DNA of 64,000 nt from contig JAQUOV010000004.1 of the NCBI GenBank assembly GCA_028716965.1, forward strand, positions 76,298 to 140,297, written 5' to 3'. The notes under the pieces were generated by a model that was not told the DNA's origin, searched no databases, and saw only the letters and a list, made by a program, of their open reading frames with translations. How positions within the stretch are numbered: the stretch's first letter is position 1; every line of letters starts with the position of its first letter. A program made the translations under genes and the position numbers. Of this stretch, positions 11,150 to 21,051 are shown one piece after another. The stretch comes from Candidatus Omnitrophota bacterium (lineage in GTDB: Bacteria; Omnitrophota; Gorgyraeia; Gygaellales; Profunditerraquicolaceae).

Positions 11150-12424
11150 ATGTTTTGGAGCAAGAGCTTTATCCCGACATTAAAAGAAAACCCGCAGGAA
11201 GCGGAATCAACCAGCCATAAGCTGCTGCTTCGCGCAGGCCTCGTGCGCATGCTGATGGCCGGCGTATATTCTTATCTTCCTTTAGGGTTAAAGGTCCTGG
11301 AGAATATCCAGGAGATTATCCGGCAGGAGATGAATGCCTGCGGCGCCAGTGAATTACTGCTTCCGGCTTTACAGCCGCTTGAGCTTTGGCAGAAGACCGG
11401 AAGGGACAAAGACCTGGGCCAGGTGATGTTTGGTTTTAAGGACCGCCGGGGCAGGAGTATCTGCCTGGGGCCGACGCACGAAGAGGCGATCACGGATTTA
11501 GTAAGAAGTCAGGTTTCCAGCTACAGGCAGCTTCCCCTGGTTTTATATCAGATCCAGACTAAATTCCGCGATGAGATCCGCCCGCGTTTCGGTTTGATCC
11601 GCGCCTGTGAATTCATTATGAAGGATGCTTATAGCTTTGACCAGGATGAAGCAGGCCTGGATAAGAATTATCAGGCAATGTTCGGCGCCTATAAGAATAT
11701 ATTTTTGCGGCTGGGTTTAAAGATAATCATTACCGAGGCGGATTCAGGGGTGATGGGAGGAAAGGTTTCGCATGAATTCATGGTCCCCAGCAAGGATGGT
11801 GAAGATATTGTTTTATCTTGCTCAAAGTGTGCGGGTTCAAGGGCCTTTAAAGAGGCAGACAGCCTGGAATGCCCAAAATGCAAAATAGAAATGGAAAAGT
11901 TAAATTGCATTGAGGTCGGGCACATCTTTAAGTTGGGCACAAAATACAGCCAGGCAATCCAGGCGAACTTCTCCGACGCCAGCGGTAAGCTTAAGCCGGT
12001 TATTATGGGCTGTTATGGTATCGGCGTATCACGCCTGGTTTCGGCAGTTATTGAGCAGAATAATGACAGCGAGGGGATTATCTGGCCAGCGGAGGTAGCT
12101 CCTTTTGATGTGATTATCCTTCCCCTGGATGCAACGGATAACGATATTATGGGATTAGCTAAAGATTTTTATTGCCAGGTTATTGATGCGGGTAAAGAAG
12201 CGCTGCTGGATGACCGTGACGAACGGGCAGGGATTAAATTCAAGGATGCGGACCTTTTGGGGATACCGCTACAGGTAATTATCGGCCGCAACGCCATTAA
12301 AGATAATACTGTAGAAATCAAGGTACGCGCCAGCAAGGAAAAAATAATCTGCCCCAGGAGCCAGGCGCTTGCAGAGATAAAGCGTTTAACTAATATACAT
12401 GGATTATCAGGTATTAAAGAATGA
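11150..12424 (+). CDS. proS: proline--tRNA ligase, compact form with a zinc-ribbon-like insert in place of the editing domain
   Basis: Class II aaRS motifs. Only 424 aa, with a CSKC...CPKC insert where bacterial ProRS carries the INS editing domain. Confidence 0.85.
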   Translation: MFWSKSFIPTLKENPQEAESTSHKLLLRAGLVRMLMAGVYSYLPLGLKVLENIQEIIRQEMNACGASELLLPALQPLELWQKTGRDKDLGQVMFGFKDRRGRSICLGPTHEEAITDLVRSQVSSYRQLPLVLYQIQTKFRDEIRPRFGLIRACEFIMKDAYSFDQDEAGLDKNYQAMFGAYKNIFLRLGLKIIITEADSGVMGGKVSHEFMVPSKDGEDIVLSCSKCAGSRAFKEADSLECPKCKIEMEKLNCIEVGHIFKLGTKYSQAIQANFSDASGKLKPVIMGCYGIGVSRLVSAVIEQNNDSEGIIWPAEVAPFDVIILPLDATDNDIMGLAKDFYCQVIDAGKEALLDDRDERAGIKFKDADLLGIPLQVIIGRNAIKDNTVEIKVRASKEKIICPRSQALAEIKRLTNIHGLSGIKE

Positions 12425-12857
12425 AATAGGCGCATTAATTAGAGAGCTGATTGCTGCGCAAGGCTTTGTCTTGGTGGACCTTGTTTTCAGGCAGGATGGC
12501 CCGGGTTTATTAATGAGCCTGCTTGCGGACAGGCCGCAGGGAGGTATCAGCCTGGAAGAATGCAGCCTGCTGAACCGCCTGGTCCGCCGGTCTTTGGATG
12601 AAAAAAATATATTATCCGGCCGATACAGCTTAGAGGTTTCTTCTCCGGGCCTTGACCGGCCTTTAAAGACAAAAGAGGATTTTATACGTTGCTTGAATAA
12701 AGAAGCGGTATTTTTCCTCAATGATTTAATAAACGGGAAATGTGAATGGAAAGGGATAGTCAGCAGGGTTGATGAAACAGCCGTATTCATCGGCCAGGCA
12801 GGCGGGATTTTAGAGATCCCGTTAATTAAAATAAACAAGGCAAAACTGGTAATTTAA
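12399..12857 (+). CDS. rimP: ribosome maturation factor RimP
   Basis: LEVSSPGLDRPL motif; conserved position upstream of nusA. Confidence 0.85.
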   Translation: MDYQVLKNEIGALIRELIAAQGFVLVDLVFRQDGPGLLMSLLADRPQGGISLEECSLLNRLVRRSLDEKNILSGRYSLEVSSPGLDRPLKTKEDFIRCLNKEAVFFLNDLINGKCEWKGIVSRVDETAVFIGQAGGILEIPLIKINKAKLVI

Positions 12858-12947
12858 AGAAAGTATCCTGTTTTTAAGTGTTAGTAGTTTTATTCGAAAA
12901 GTACTATACAGGCGGGATTAATCCGTACATTAAAATGGAGAGTTAAA

Positions 12948-14231
12948 ATGAGTCATGAACTTTTGGCAATTATTGAACAAATTGAGCGTGAAAAGGGCAT
13001 TAAGAAAGAGGTTATGCTTGAGGCAGTGGAAAGCGCTATGCTTAGCGCTGCCAAAAGAGTGATTGATCTAAAACCGGATGAGGAGTTTAGGGTTGAGATT
13101 GACCGTTCTACGGGTGAGATCAGCGCTTTTCGTAATAACGAGAAGGTAACCAATATTGATTTTGGGCGTATTGCCGCATCCACCGCCAGGCAGGTAATTA
13201 TCCAGAAGATGCGCGAGGCGGAGAAGGATGTGGTTTTTGGCGAGTTCCAGAGCCGCGTAGGAGAGATCGTCAGCGGTACGGTTTACCGTTTTGAAAAGGG
13301 GAATGTGATTGTTGACCTGTTAGGCAAGGCCGAGGGCATCCTGCTTAAACGCGAACAATCCCCTAAGGAAGAATTTAAACAAGGGCAGCGCATCCGCGCT
13401 TATGTTGTTGAGGTGAAGAAAGATGTCAAGGGGCCGCAGATCATCTTGTCGCGCGCGCATCCTAATTTAGTTAAGGAGTTATTTGAATTGGAGGTCCCCG
13501 AGATTTACGAGGGGATCGTGGAGATAAAGGCGATATCCCGCCAGGCCGGGGAGCGCACAAAGATTTCAGTCTGTTCAAAGAATGATAAGGTTGATTCAGT
13601 GGGCGCCTGTGTGGGTATGCGCGGAAACCGCGTAAGAAATATCGTCAATGAACTGCAGGGAGAAAAGATTGATATAGTGCGTTTTAATGATGATGTGCGT
13701 GAATATATCAAGGCAGCCCTTTCTCCGGCTAAGGTTTCTGAGATAAAATTGGACAGGGAGAAGATGAAGGCAGAGGTTATTGTGGATGATGACCAGCTTT
13801 CTTTGAGCATAGGCAAACACGGCCAGAATGTGCGTTTGGCTTCCCGCCTGGTGGGCTGGGAACTGGATATAAGGACCAAGGGTATGATTGCTGCTGAAGC
13901 CTTGGGTGGAAAAGTGGAAGGCAAGGCAGTTGAAGCGGAAACAAAGGAAGCCCGGCAGGATGAACCTAAGGCAAAGAAGGCAAAGAAGACAGCCAAGAAA
14001 GAAACTAAAAAAGCAGCTAAGAAGAAAGAAACGAAGAGAACAGCCGGAAAAGAAGATGCTTTAGAAAGCCTCTCTGGCGTCGGGGATAAGATTATAGAAA
14101 GCTTAAAAGAGGCGGGTGTTAAGAGCATCAGTGATATTATCAAGATTAAGGAAGAGGGGTTGGTAAAAATAAAAGGCATCGGAGAGAAGAAGGCGCAAAA
14201 AATATTTTCGGAGGCAAAGAAACTAATTTAG
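12948..14231 (+). CDS. nusA: transcription termination/antitermination factor NusA
   Basis: S1 and tandem KH domains (GxxGxNVR), lysine-rich linker, C-terminal HhH; rimP-nusA-infB order. Confidence 0.93.
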   Translation: MSHELLAIIEQIEREKGIKKEVMLEAVESAMLSAAKRVIDLKPDEEFRVEIDRSTGEISAFRNNEKVTNIDFGRIAASTARQVIIQKMREAEKDVVFGEFQSRVGEIVSGTVYRFEKGNVIVDLLGKAEGILLKREQSPKEEFKQGQRIRAYVVEVKKDVKGPQIILSRAHPNLVKELFELEVPEIYEGIVEIKAISRQAGERTKISVCSKNDKVDSVGACVGMRGNRVRNIVNELQGEKIDIVRFNDDVREYIKAALSPAKVSEIKLDREKMKAEVIVDDDQLSLSIGKHGQNVRLASRLVGWELDIRTKGMIAAEALGGKVEGKAVEAETKEARQDEPKAKKAKKTAKKETKKAAKKKETKRTAGKEDALESLSGVGDKIIESLKEAGVKSISDIIKIKEEGLVKIKGIGEKKAQKIFSEAKKLI

Positions 14232-14277
14232 TTATTAATATAAAAGACTGTTTTTTAGGCAGTCAGGGGGAGATATT

Positions 14278-16437
14278 ATGCCCAAGGGAAAGAAAGAGAA
14301 AGCAGCAGTAAAGAAAACAGCTAAGCCTAAGGCCGCCGCGCAGAAGCGCGCGGAGCGCGCACCGGCTCACAAAATTGCTTCTAAAGGCCATGCCTTGAAA
14401 CCCAAAGCTGTGGTTAAGCCGCTTAAAACTAAAGATGCCGTTAAGAAGAAAAAGGAAGAAGTAAAGCCGGCAATCAAACATGCGGTAAAACATGAGCCGA
14501 AGGCCGAGCCTAAAATAGAGATTAAGCCTGTGCAGAAGCGCGCGGAGCGCGCACCGGTTCATCCGGCAGAGACTGCGCATAAGGAAGAAGTAAGGCCGGT
14601 CCATGGCCCCGAGGTTAAAGCCAGGGTAGCCCATGAGGTAAAACCGGAACCCGCCCCTGAAGCCAAAGTTGAAACTGTCCCGAGCAGGGAGATTGAGATT
14701 GAGCTGCCGATTACGCTTAAAGATTTGTCCGTAAAATTACAGGAGAAATCAAGTGTTCTCATAAAGCATTTTATGAATATGGGGATGATGGTCGGGATCA
14801 ACCAGTTTTTGGATGAAGGAGCCGTAAATAAACTGTGTTTAAAGTATGACTGCAGGATCAAGAAAGCCCTTGGTGCCGAAGAATCAGCCTTGCAGGAGCA
14901 TAAAGAAAAAGATAAGCCCGGTCAGCTTAATAAGCGTTCTCCCATCGTTACTTTTATGGGGCATGTTGATCACGGTAAGACCTCTCTTCTTGATGCCATA
15001 CGTAAAACCAAGGTTGCAGAAGGCGAGCACGGAGGGATTACCCAGCATATCGGCGCTTACCGGGTCAGCCTCCCCGAGGGTGCAATTACTTTCTTGGATA
15101 CGCCCGGCCATGAAGCATTTACCGCTATGCGCGCCCGCGGCGCGCGGATTACCGACATCGTAGTTTTGGTTGTTGCCGCAGACGACGGGATTATGCCGCA
15201 GACCCAGGAGGCAATTGACCATGCCCGGGCTGCAGGAGTATCTATTATTGTAGCCATAAATAAGATAGATAAGCCGCAGGCAAATATAGAGATGGTCAAG
15301 AAACAGTTATCTCAAGCCGGCCTGACAGCTGAAGATTGGGGCGGAAAGACGATCACTGTGCCTGTATCCGCCAAGACAGGTTCGGGAATAGATAATCTGC
15401 TTGAAATGATCCTTTTGCAGGCGGAGATCATGGAGTTAAAAGCAAACCCCAGCCGCCTGGCTTGCGGTGTGGTAGTTGAGGCAAAAATGGCTAAGGGCAG
15501 AGGGCCGGTAGCTACGCTTCTTGTGCAAAACGGAACTTTACACCTTAACCAGAATATAATTGTGGGTAATCTTTACGGAAAGATCAGGGCGATGCTGGAT
15601 GACCGCGGGCAGTCAGTGACTGTTGTCGGACCTGCTTCTCCCGTTGAGGTATTGGGGGTAAGCGGGATCCCCCAGGTAGGCGAGCAGTTTTTTGTGATTG
15701 AAGATGAAAAGCAGGCCAAGGGTTTAGTCCAGGCGCGCGTGGAAAAAGAGAGGCAGCAGCAGATAAAGAGCGTAAAAAGGGTAAGCCTGGAAGACCTGCA
15801 TACTCAAATTGCCGAGGGGAAGATCAAAGAATTAAAGCTGATTATTAAATCTGATGTCCAGGGGTCGCTGGAAGCAATCAAGGATACGCTGGATAAGTTA
15901 AATGTCTCTGAAATAAAGATTGATGTGATCCATACCGGAGTAGGCAATATTAATAATTCAGATGTAATCCTGGCGGTAGCCTCCGATGCCTTGATCGTAG
16001 GCTTTAATGTCAGCGCTGATGAGTTAGCTAAAGAGTTGATCTCCAAGGAGGGGATTGAAGTAAAAATATACAATATAATCTATGAGCTGGCCAATGATAT
16101 AAAAGCCGCTGTGGAAGGCATGCTTGACCCTAAGCTGAAAAGAGTGTTTTTAGGCAAGGCGGAGGTTAAGAAGATGTTTAAGCTTTCCCGTTCCGGGTTG
16201 ATCGCCGGCTGCATCGTAACCAAGGGCAAGATTAACCGTAACAGCCTGGTGGCGCTGGTGCGTAATGGCGAGGTTGTCTTTGAAGGCAAGCTTTCAAGCC
16301 TGAAGCGTTTTAAGGATGATGTGCGCGATGTCGCCGAAGGGTTTGAGTGCGGGATAGCTATCAGCGGTTTTGACCAGCTGATGGAGGGTGATGTTATTGA
16401 GGCATATGAAATAGAAAAGATCGCCAGGAAACTATGA
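14278..16437 (+). CDS. infB: translation initiation factor IF-2
   Basis: GHVDHGKT G1 motif, DTPGH, NKID; lysine/alanine-rich N-terminus containing two near-identical QKRAERAP repeats. Confidence 0.95.
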   Translation: MPKGKKEKAAVKKTAKPKAAAQKRAERAPAHKIASKGHALKPKAVVKPLKTKDAVKKKKEEVKPAIKHAVKHEPKAEPKIEIKPVQKRAERAPVHPAETAHKEEVRPVHGPEVKARVAHEVKPEPAPEAKVETVPSREIEIELPITLKDLSVKLQEKSSVLIKHFMNMGMMVGINQFLDEGAVNKLCLKYDCRIKKALGAEESALQEHKEKDKPGQLNKRSPIVTFMGHVDHGKTSLLDAIRKTKVAEGEHGGITQHIGAYRVSLPEGAITFLDTPGHEAFTAMRARGARITDIVVLVVAADDGIMPQTQEAIDHARAAGVSIIVAINKIDKPQANIEMVKKQLSQAGLTAEDWGGKTITVPVSAKTGSGIDNLLEMILLQAEIMELKANPSRLACGVVVEAKMAKGRGPVATLLVQNGTLHLNQNIIVGNLYGKIRAMLDDRGQSVTVVGPASPVEVLGVSGIPQVGEQFFVIEDEKQAKGLVQARVEKERQQQIKSVKRVSLEDLHTQIAEGKIKELKLIIKSDVQGSLEAIKDTLDKLNVSEIKIDVIHTGVGNINNSDVILAVASDALIVGFNVSADELAKELISKEGIEVKIYNIIYELANDIKAAVEGMLDPKLKRVFLGKAEVKKMFKLSRSGLIAGCIVTKGKINRNSLVALVRNGEVVFEGKLSSLKRFKDDVRDVAEGFECGIAISGFDQLMEGDVIEAYEIEKIARKL

Positions 16438-16512
16438 ACCCCGCACCTTATTGTAATTTAAATATTATTAGGTGTGAGGTTAAAAGAATAGATAAGAGAG
16501 AAGGTGCGGGGT
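16438..16512 (+). promoter_or_regulatory. perfect 12-bp long-range inverted repeat (accccgcacctt ... aaggtgcggggt) spanning from the infB stop to the trpS GTG start
   Basis: 5' arm begins the nucleotide after the infB stop. The 3' arm covers the putative SD (aagg) and the GTG start codon of trpS. The arms enclose 51 AT-rich nucleotides. Confidence 0.4.
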
Positions 16513-17491
16513 GAAGAAGAGAATATTAAGCGGTATGCGGCCTACAGGCAAGCTGCACCTGGGGCATCTGGTCGGCGCATTAGCCAATTGGACAAAACTT
16601 CAAGGCGAATACGAGTGTTTTTTTATGGTTGCTGACTGGCATGCGCTTATGTCGGAGTATGAAAACCCCTGCAGCCTTAAGGCAAACACGCTGGATAATA
16701 TTATTGATTGGCTTTCCTGCGGCATAGACCCTGAAAAATCCACGATTTTTATCCAGTCGCAGGTGCCGGAACACCTTGAGCTTTATTTTATCCTTTCATT
16801 GATTACCCCGCTTGGGCTATTGGAGCGCTGCCCTACCTATAAAGAACAGCTGCGCGAGGTGACCAACAGGGACTTAAGCACCTATGCCTTTTTGGGTTAT
16901 CCGGTTTTGCAGGCTGCAGACATCCTGCTCTATAAGGCCGATGCCGTGCCCGTGGGAGAAGATCAGCTGCCGCATCTGGAATTGACTCGCCAGATCGTGC
17001 GTAAATTCAACCATCTTTATAAGGCGGATTGTTTTCCCGAGCCGAAAGCTTTACTTACAGAAGCTCCCCGGCTCCTGGGATTAGACGGCCGTAAAATGAG
17101 CAAGAGCTATAATAATTATATCGGGTTATCCGAAGAGCCTGAAGATATCCGCAAAAAAGTACAGAATATGATAACCGACCCGCTGCGTATACGCCTAAGC
17201 GATCCCGGCCATCCGCATAAATGCAATGTTTTTAATTATTATTCTATATTCTTCCCGGAAATGAAACAGGAAGGCCAAGAGCGCTGCTCTAAATCCTCAA
17301 TCGGTTGCACCACCTGCAAGAAAGAGCTGGCGGATAAAATAATTAATTTATTGGCCCCTATCCGGGAAAAAAGGAAGGCATTGCTTAAGGATAAAAAGCT
17401 TATCCAGGATATTATCTCTGCGGGCAGCTTAAAGGCGTCTGGCCTTGCTAAAAAGACTATCCATGAGGTAAAGGGCTTACTGAAATTATAA
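16511..17491 (+). CDS. trpS: tryptophan--tRNA ligase
   Basis: Class I HIGH (GKLHLGH) and KMSKS motifs; GTG start. Confidence 0.93.
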   Translation: MKKRILSGMRPTGKLHLGHLVGALANWTKLQGEYECFFMVADWHALMSEYENPCSLKANTLDNIIDWLSCGIDPEKSTIFIQSQVPEHLELYFILSLITPLGLLERCPTYKEQLREVTNRDLSTYAFLGYPVLQAADILLYKADAVPVGEDQLPHLELTRQIVRKFNHLYKADCFPEPKALLTEAPRLLGLDGRKMSKSYNNYIGLSEEPEDIRKKVQNMITDPLRIRLSDPGHPHKCNVFNYYSIFFPEMKQEGQERCSKSSIGCTTCKKELADKIINLLAPIREKRKALLKDKKLIQDIISAGSLKASGLAKKTIHEVKGLLKL

Positions 17492-17492
17492 T

Positions 17493-18260
17493 ATGAACTA
17501 TAAAATACATTTAGAGATGTTTGAAGGCCCGCTTGACCTGCTTCTTTACCTGGTCAAGAAAGACCACCTTAATATTTACGATATCCCTATAGCAAAGGTT
17601 ACCCAGCAATACCTGGAGTATATTAATTTTATGCAGCTTCTGGACCTGGATATCGTAGGGGATTTCCTGGTGATGGCCGCTACCCTGATGCAAATAAAAT
17701 CCAAGATGCTGCTGCCGGCAAGCGAAACTCCGGCCGAAGAAGAACAGGAGGACCCGCGCGCAGAACTGGTGAAAAGGCTGCTGGAGTATGAAAAATTCAA
17801 GCAGATCGCCGAGGATTTAAGGGAAAGGGAGCTTAGCCAGCAGGATGTCTTCAAGCGCCAGAAGACAGAGGCGCCTCTGGATTCCCAGGCGCCCGAGAAG
17901 GGGGAAGATAAATATTTTGAGGCCAGCATATTTGACCTGATTAATGCTTTTTCCCGGGCCTTAAAAGATGTTCCCAAAGAAGTATTTTATGAGGTAATCA
18001 AGGACCAGTTTACGGTTGAGCAGAAGGTCCATGATATACTGCATCTTTTATTGCTTGAGGCAGATGTCAAACTTTCTACTTTATTCAATAAATCAAAAGA
18101 CAAGCTGGAAATAGTCGTAATCTTCCTGGCGATCCTGGAATTAACAAAAATGAAAGAGATCGTTGCCAGGCAGGATGCGGCATTTGAAGATATAATTATA
18201 TCGAGGAACAAGGAGAATATCATTCCCTATGAGCGAAGAGACCAGGCGGACCCTGCTTAA
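17493..18260 (+). CDS. scpA: segregation and condensation protein A
   Basis: ScpA N-terminal FEGPLDLLL motif and length. Confidence 0.85.
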   Translation: MNYKIHLEMFEGPLDLLLYLVKKDHLNIYDIPIAKVTQQYLEYINFMQLLDLDIVGDFLVMAATLMQIKSKMLLPASETPAEEEQEDPRAELVKRLLEYEKFKQIAEDLRERELSQQDVFKRQKTEAPLDSQAPEKGEDKYFEASIFDLINAFSRALKDVPKEVFYEVIKDQFTVEQKVHDILHLLLLEADVKLSTLFNKSKDKLEIVVIFLAILELTKMKEIVARQDAAFEDIIISRNKENIIPYERRDQADPA

Positions 18261-19281
18261 GGCTAATCCGGTTATTGCCGATATCAAGGAATCCGAAGAA
18301 GATGTGGTTTTAAACATATCCTTAAGGCCAAAGAAGTTTTCTGATTTTGTCGGCCACAAAGATATCGTGGATAACCTGAAAATAGCCATACAGGCAGCCA
18401 AGCAGAGGAAAGAGCCGCTGGAGCATGTGCTTTTAAGCGGCCCCCCGGGGCTGGGCAAGACTTCTTTATCGCATATTATCGCGCATGAAATGGGCGCTAA
18501 GATCACTGCTACCAGCGGCCCTGCTATTGAGCGTGCCGGGGACCTGATCGGCATCCTCACCAACCTGGAAGCCGGAGATATCCTTTTTATCGACGAAATC
18601 CATCGCATGTCCAAGGTAGTTGAAGAGTTCTTATACCCGGCAATGGAAAATTTCCAGATTGATTTTGTGATTGATAAAGGCCCATATGCCAAGACTATCA
18701 AGTTCAACCTTAAGCCTTTTACCTTAATCGGCGCCACTACGCGCACAGGGCTTTTGGCCGCACCGCTAAGGGGAAGGTTCGGGATATTTTACAGCCTGGA
18801 TTTCTATAAAATAGAAGAACTGGCCAGGATCATAAAGAACTCAAGCGCGTTATTGGCAGTGCTGATTGACGAGGATGCCTGCCTTGAAATTGCCCGCCGC
18901 GCAAGGGGTACCCCGCGCATTGCCAACCGTCTTTTACGCCGGGTACGCGACTATGCCCAGGTGCTTAAGCTTAAGCAGGTGGACCAGCAGCAGGCATCTA
19001 AAATACTTGATGAACTTGGCATAGACCATGCGGGTTTTGATGATCTGGACCGGAAAGTGTTAAAGCTGATCCTTGATTCTTTTGGCGGCGGCCCGGTGGG
19101 GGTTGAATCTCTGGCTGCCAGCTTAAATGAAGAGGTGGATACTATCGCCGATACAGTTGAACCGTATCTTTTAAAGGCGGGGTACCTAAAACGCACCTCT
19201 CGGGGAAGATTGGCCACAAAAAAGGCGTTTGAGCACTTTGGTCTAAAGTTTAGCAAAGAGCATCAAGAGGAGATCTTTTAG
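18229..19281 (+). CDS. ruvB: Holliday junction branch migration helicase RuvB
   Basis: Walker A GPPGLGKT, Walker B DEIH, sensor regions and winged-helix C-terminus. Confidence 0.95.
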   Translation: MSEETRRTLLKANPVIADIKESEEDVVLNISLRPKKFSDFVGHKDIVDNLKIAIQAAKQRKEPLEHVLLSGPPGLGKTSLSHIIAHEMGAKITATSGPAIERAGDLIGILTNLEAGDILFIDEIHRMSKVVEEFLYPAMENFQIDFVIDKGPYAKTIKFNLKPFTLIGATTRTGLLAAPLRGRFGIFYSLDFYKIEELARIIKNSSALLAVLIDEDACLEIARRARGTPRIANRLLRRVRDYAQVLKLKQVDQQQASKILDELGIDHAGFDDLDRKVLKLILDSFGGGPVGVESLAASLNEEVDTIADTVEPYLLKAGYLKRTSRGRLATKKAFEHFGLKFSKEHQEEIF

Positions 19282-19290
19282 CCGCCGGAG

Positions 19291-19830
19291 ATGAAGATCC
19301 TACTGCATATCTGCTGCGCGCCATGCCTGATTTATCCTTTAAAAAGGCTGAATGAACAAGGTTTTAAGGTAAAAGGATTTTTCTATAATCCCAATATTCA
19401 TCCTGTCAGCGAATTCAATAGGCGCAAAGAGGCTGTTGTTGTTTTGAGTAAAGAATTGCAGCTTGAGACAGAGTATCCTGAATATTTGCCATCTGAATTC
19501 TTCCGGGCAATTAACGTCGATGCAGCCGCTGCGCAACGCTGCCTGGATTGTTGGAGGCTGCGCCTGCTTGAAACAGCTCTTTATGCCGGGAAGAACGGTT
19601 TTGAGGCATTTAGCTCAACTTTGTTAGTCAGCCCGTATCAGGACCAGGAATCGCTTAAGTGTTTAGGCAATCAGGCTGCCAAAGAAGCAGGGGTAGATTT
19701 CTATTACGAAGATTTCCGCCCCGGGTTCAGGTCAGCCCATGAAGAGGCCAGGAGCAGGGGGATCTATTGCCAGAAATATTGCGGTTGCAGTTATTCTGAA
19801 ATTGAAAGGCGCGCCAAGATAAAAAAATGA
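19291..19830 (+). CDS. queH: epoxyqueuosine reductase QueH (DUF208)
   Basis: N-terminal LLHICCAPC cysteine motif and C-terminal CGCS motif of QueH. Confidence 0.85.
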   Translation: MKILLHICCAPCLIYPLKRLNEQGFKVKGFFYNPNIHPVSEFNRRKEAVVVLSKELQLETEYPEYLPSEFFRAINVDAAAAQRCLDCWRLRLLETALYAGKNGFEAFSSTLLVSPYQDQESLKCLGNQAAKEAGVDFYYEDFRPGFRSAHEEARSRGIYCQKYCGCSYSEIERRAKIKK

Positions 19831-21005
19831 GAAAAAAAATATTAATATTACTGTTAGCCGGTTGTCTGTTTGGCGCCAGCCATCTTTTTGCCCAGGATAA
19901 AGAGGGCCCGGTTCAACAGTCACCTGCGCGGGGTATCTGGATTTCGGTATTTTCAAGAAAGAATGTGCTTTATTCAAAGGATAAAGTAGAGGGCCTGATT
20001 GCCCGCTGTAAGAAGGCGAAGATAAATGAGATCTACCTGCAGTTTTTCCAGTCAGGCAACGCCTATTACGATTCCAATATCTGCGATAAAAGTAAATATG
20101 ACGCTATGGTTAAAGAAGCGGGAATGGACACTTTGGATTTACTGCTAAGGGAGGCCCAGGGGAATAAGATCAAGGTTTTTGCCTGGGTAAATGTTTTAAG
20201 CCTGGGCAAGAATGAAAACGCGGATATCCTGAAGAAATACGGAAGGTCTATTTTGACCCTGGACCAGTACAAGCGGGAGTCTAAAACCGATTCTAACACG
20301 GAGCTGGATAAATATTATTTAAGAGAGGACCAGATATTCTTAGAGCCCGGAGACCCCAGGATAGAAGAGTATATTTTAAATATCATCAATGAGATCATCA
20401 ACCGCTATCCGCTGATCAGCGGTGTGCACCTGGATTACATCCGCTACCCGTCGCCTGTGCCGTTTGTGCCCGGGTCAAGGTTCAAGAAATTCGGTTTAAC
20501 TTATGGCTATGGGGTAAAGAATGTAGAACGTTTCAGGGACAAGACGGGGTTGAACCCGCTTGACACGATGAATAGCGAAGACGATTATCTTGCCTGGGAT
20601 AACTGGAAACGCCAGCAGGTTACGGAGCTGTTGCGTAAAATTTCAAACCTGGTTAAGGTCAAGTCCGCGGATTTGGAGCTTTCCTGCGCGGTTATCCCGC
20701 TTACTGAACGCGCATATGCCAATGCCTTCCAGGACTGGTCAGCCTGGCTGGAAGATGGTATTGTTGATTATGTAGTATTGATGTCCTACACGAAAGATAA
20801 CCAGTTTGCCAAAGAGATAGTTAAGTCCAGCCTCGGGCACCGCGGTAAAGGAAAGGTGTATATAGGCATAGGCCTGTTCTTAATGAAAAACAACCCGGAC
20901 CTGTTCTTCAATCAATACCGGATGATCACTGATTTTGCTCCTGACGGCATAGTCCTTTTTTCAATTGATGATCTGACTGACCAGGTGATCGGGTATTTGA
21001 ATTAA
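19827..21005 (+). CDS. secreted glycoside-hydrolase-like family 10 (GHL10/YddW-like) TIM-barrel protein
   Basis: Signal peptide; pattern resembling GHL10 lipoproteins (VHLDYIRYP). Function is uncertain. Confidence 0.55.
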   Translation: MRKKILILLLAGCLFGASHLFAQDKEGPVQQSPARGIWISVFSRKNVLYSKDKVEGLIARCKKAKINEIYLQFFQSGNAYYDSNICDKSKYDAMVKEAGMDTLDLLLREAQGNKIKVFAWVNVLSLGKNENADILKKYGRSILTLDQYKRESKTDSNTELDKYYLREDQIFLEPGDPRIEEYILNIINEIINRYPLISGVHLDYIRYPSPVPFVPGSRFKKFGLTYGYGVKNVERFRDKTGLNPLDTMNSEDDYLAWDNWKRQQVTELLRKISNLVKVKSADLELSCAVIPLTERAYANAFQDWSAWLEDGIVDYVVLMSYTKDNQFAKEIVKSSLGHRGKGKVYIGIGLFLMKNNPDLFFNQYRMITDFAPDGIVLFSIDDLTDQVIGYLN

Positions 21006-21051
21006 AAACCGTATCTTGAAGCTTAGTTTTTAGCCAGCCTTCATATCAATA

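Noticed and set aside
6188-12424. uppS-cdsA-dxr-rseP-ispG-proS block as something unusual
   Set aside because: This gene order is a widely conserved bacterial synteny and calls for no special explanation.
13505-14179. 224-aa minus-strand ORF antisense to nusA
   Set aside because: Overlaps the conserved NusA KH/HhH coding region; serine/leucine-rich antisense translation typical of shadow frames.
16438-16510. T-box riboswitch upstream of trpS
   Set aside because: The region is only 73 nt, lacks a specifier-loop/antiterminator architecture and lacks the conserved T-box sequence. It is better explained as a simple long-range stem.
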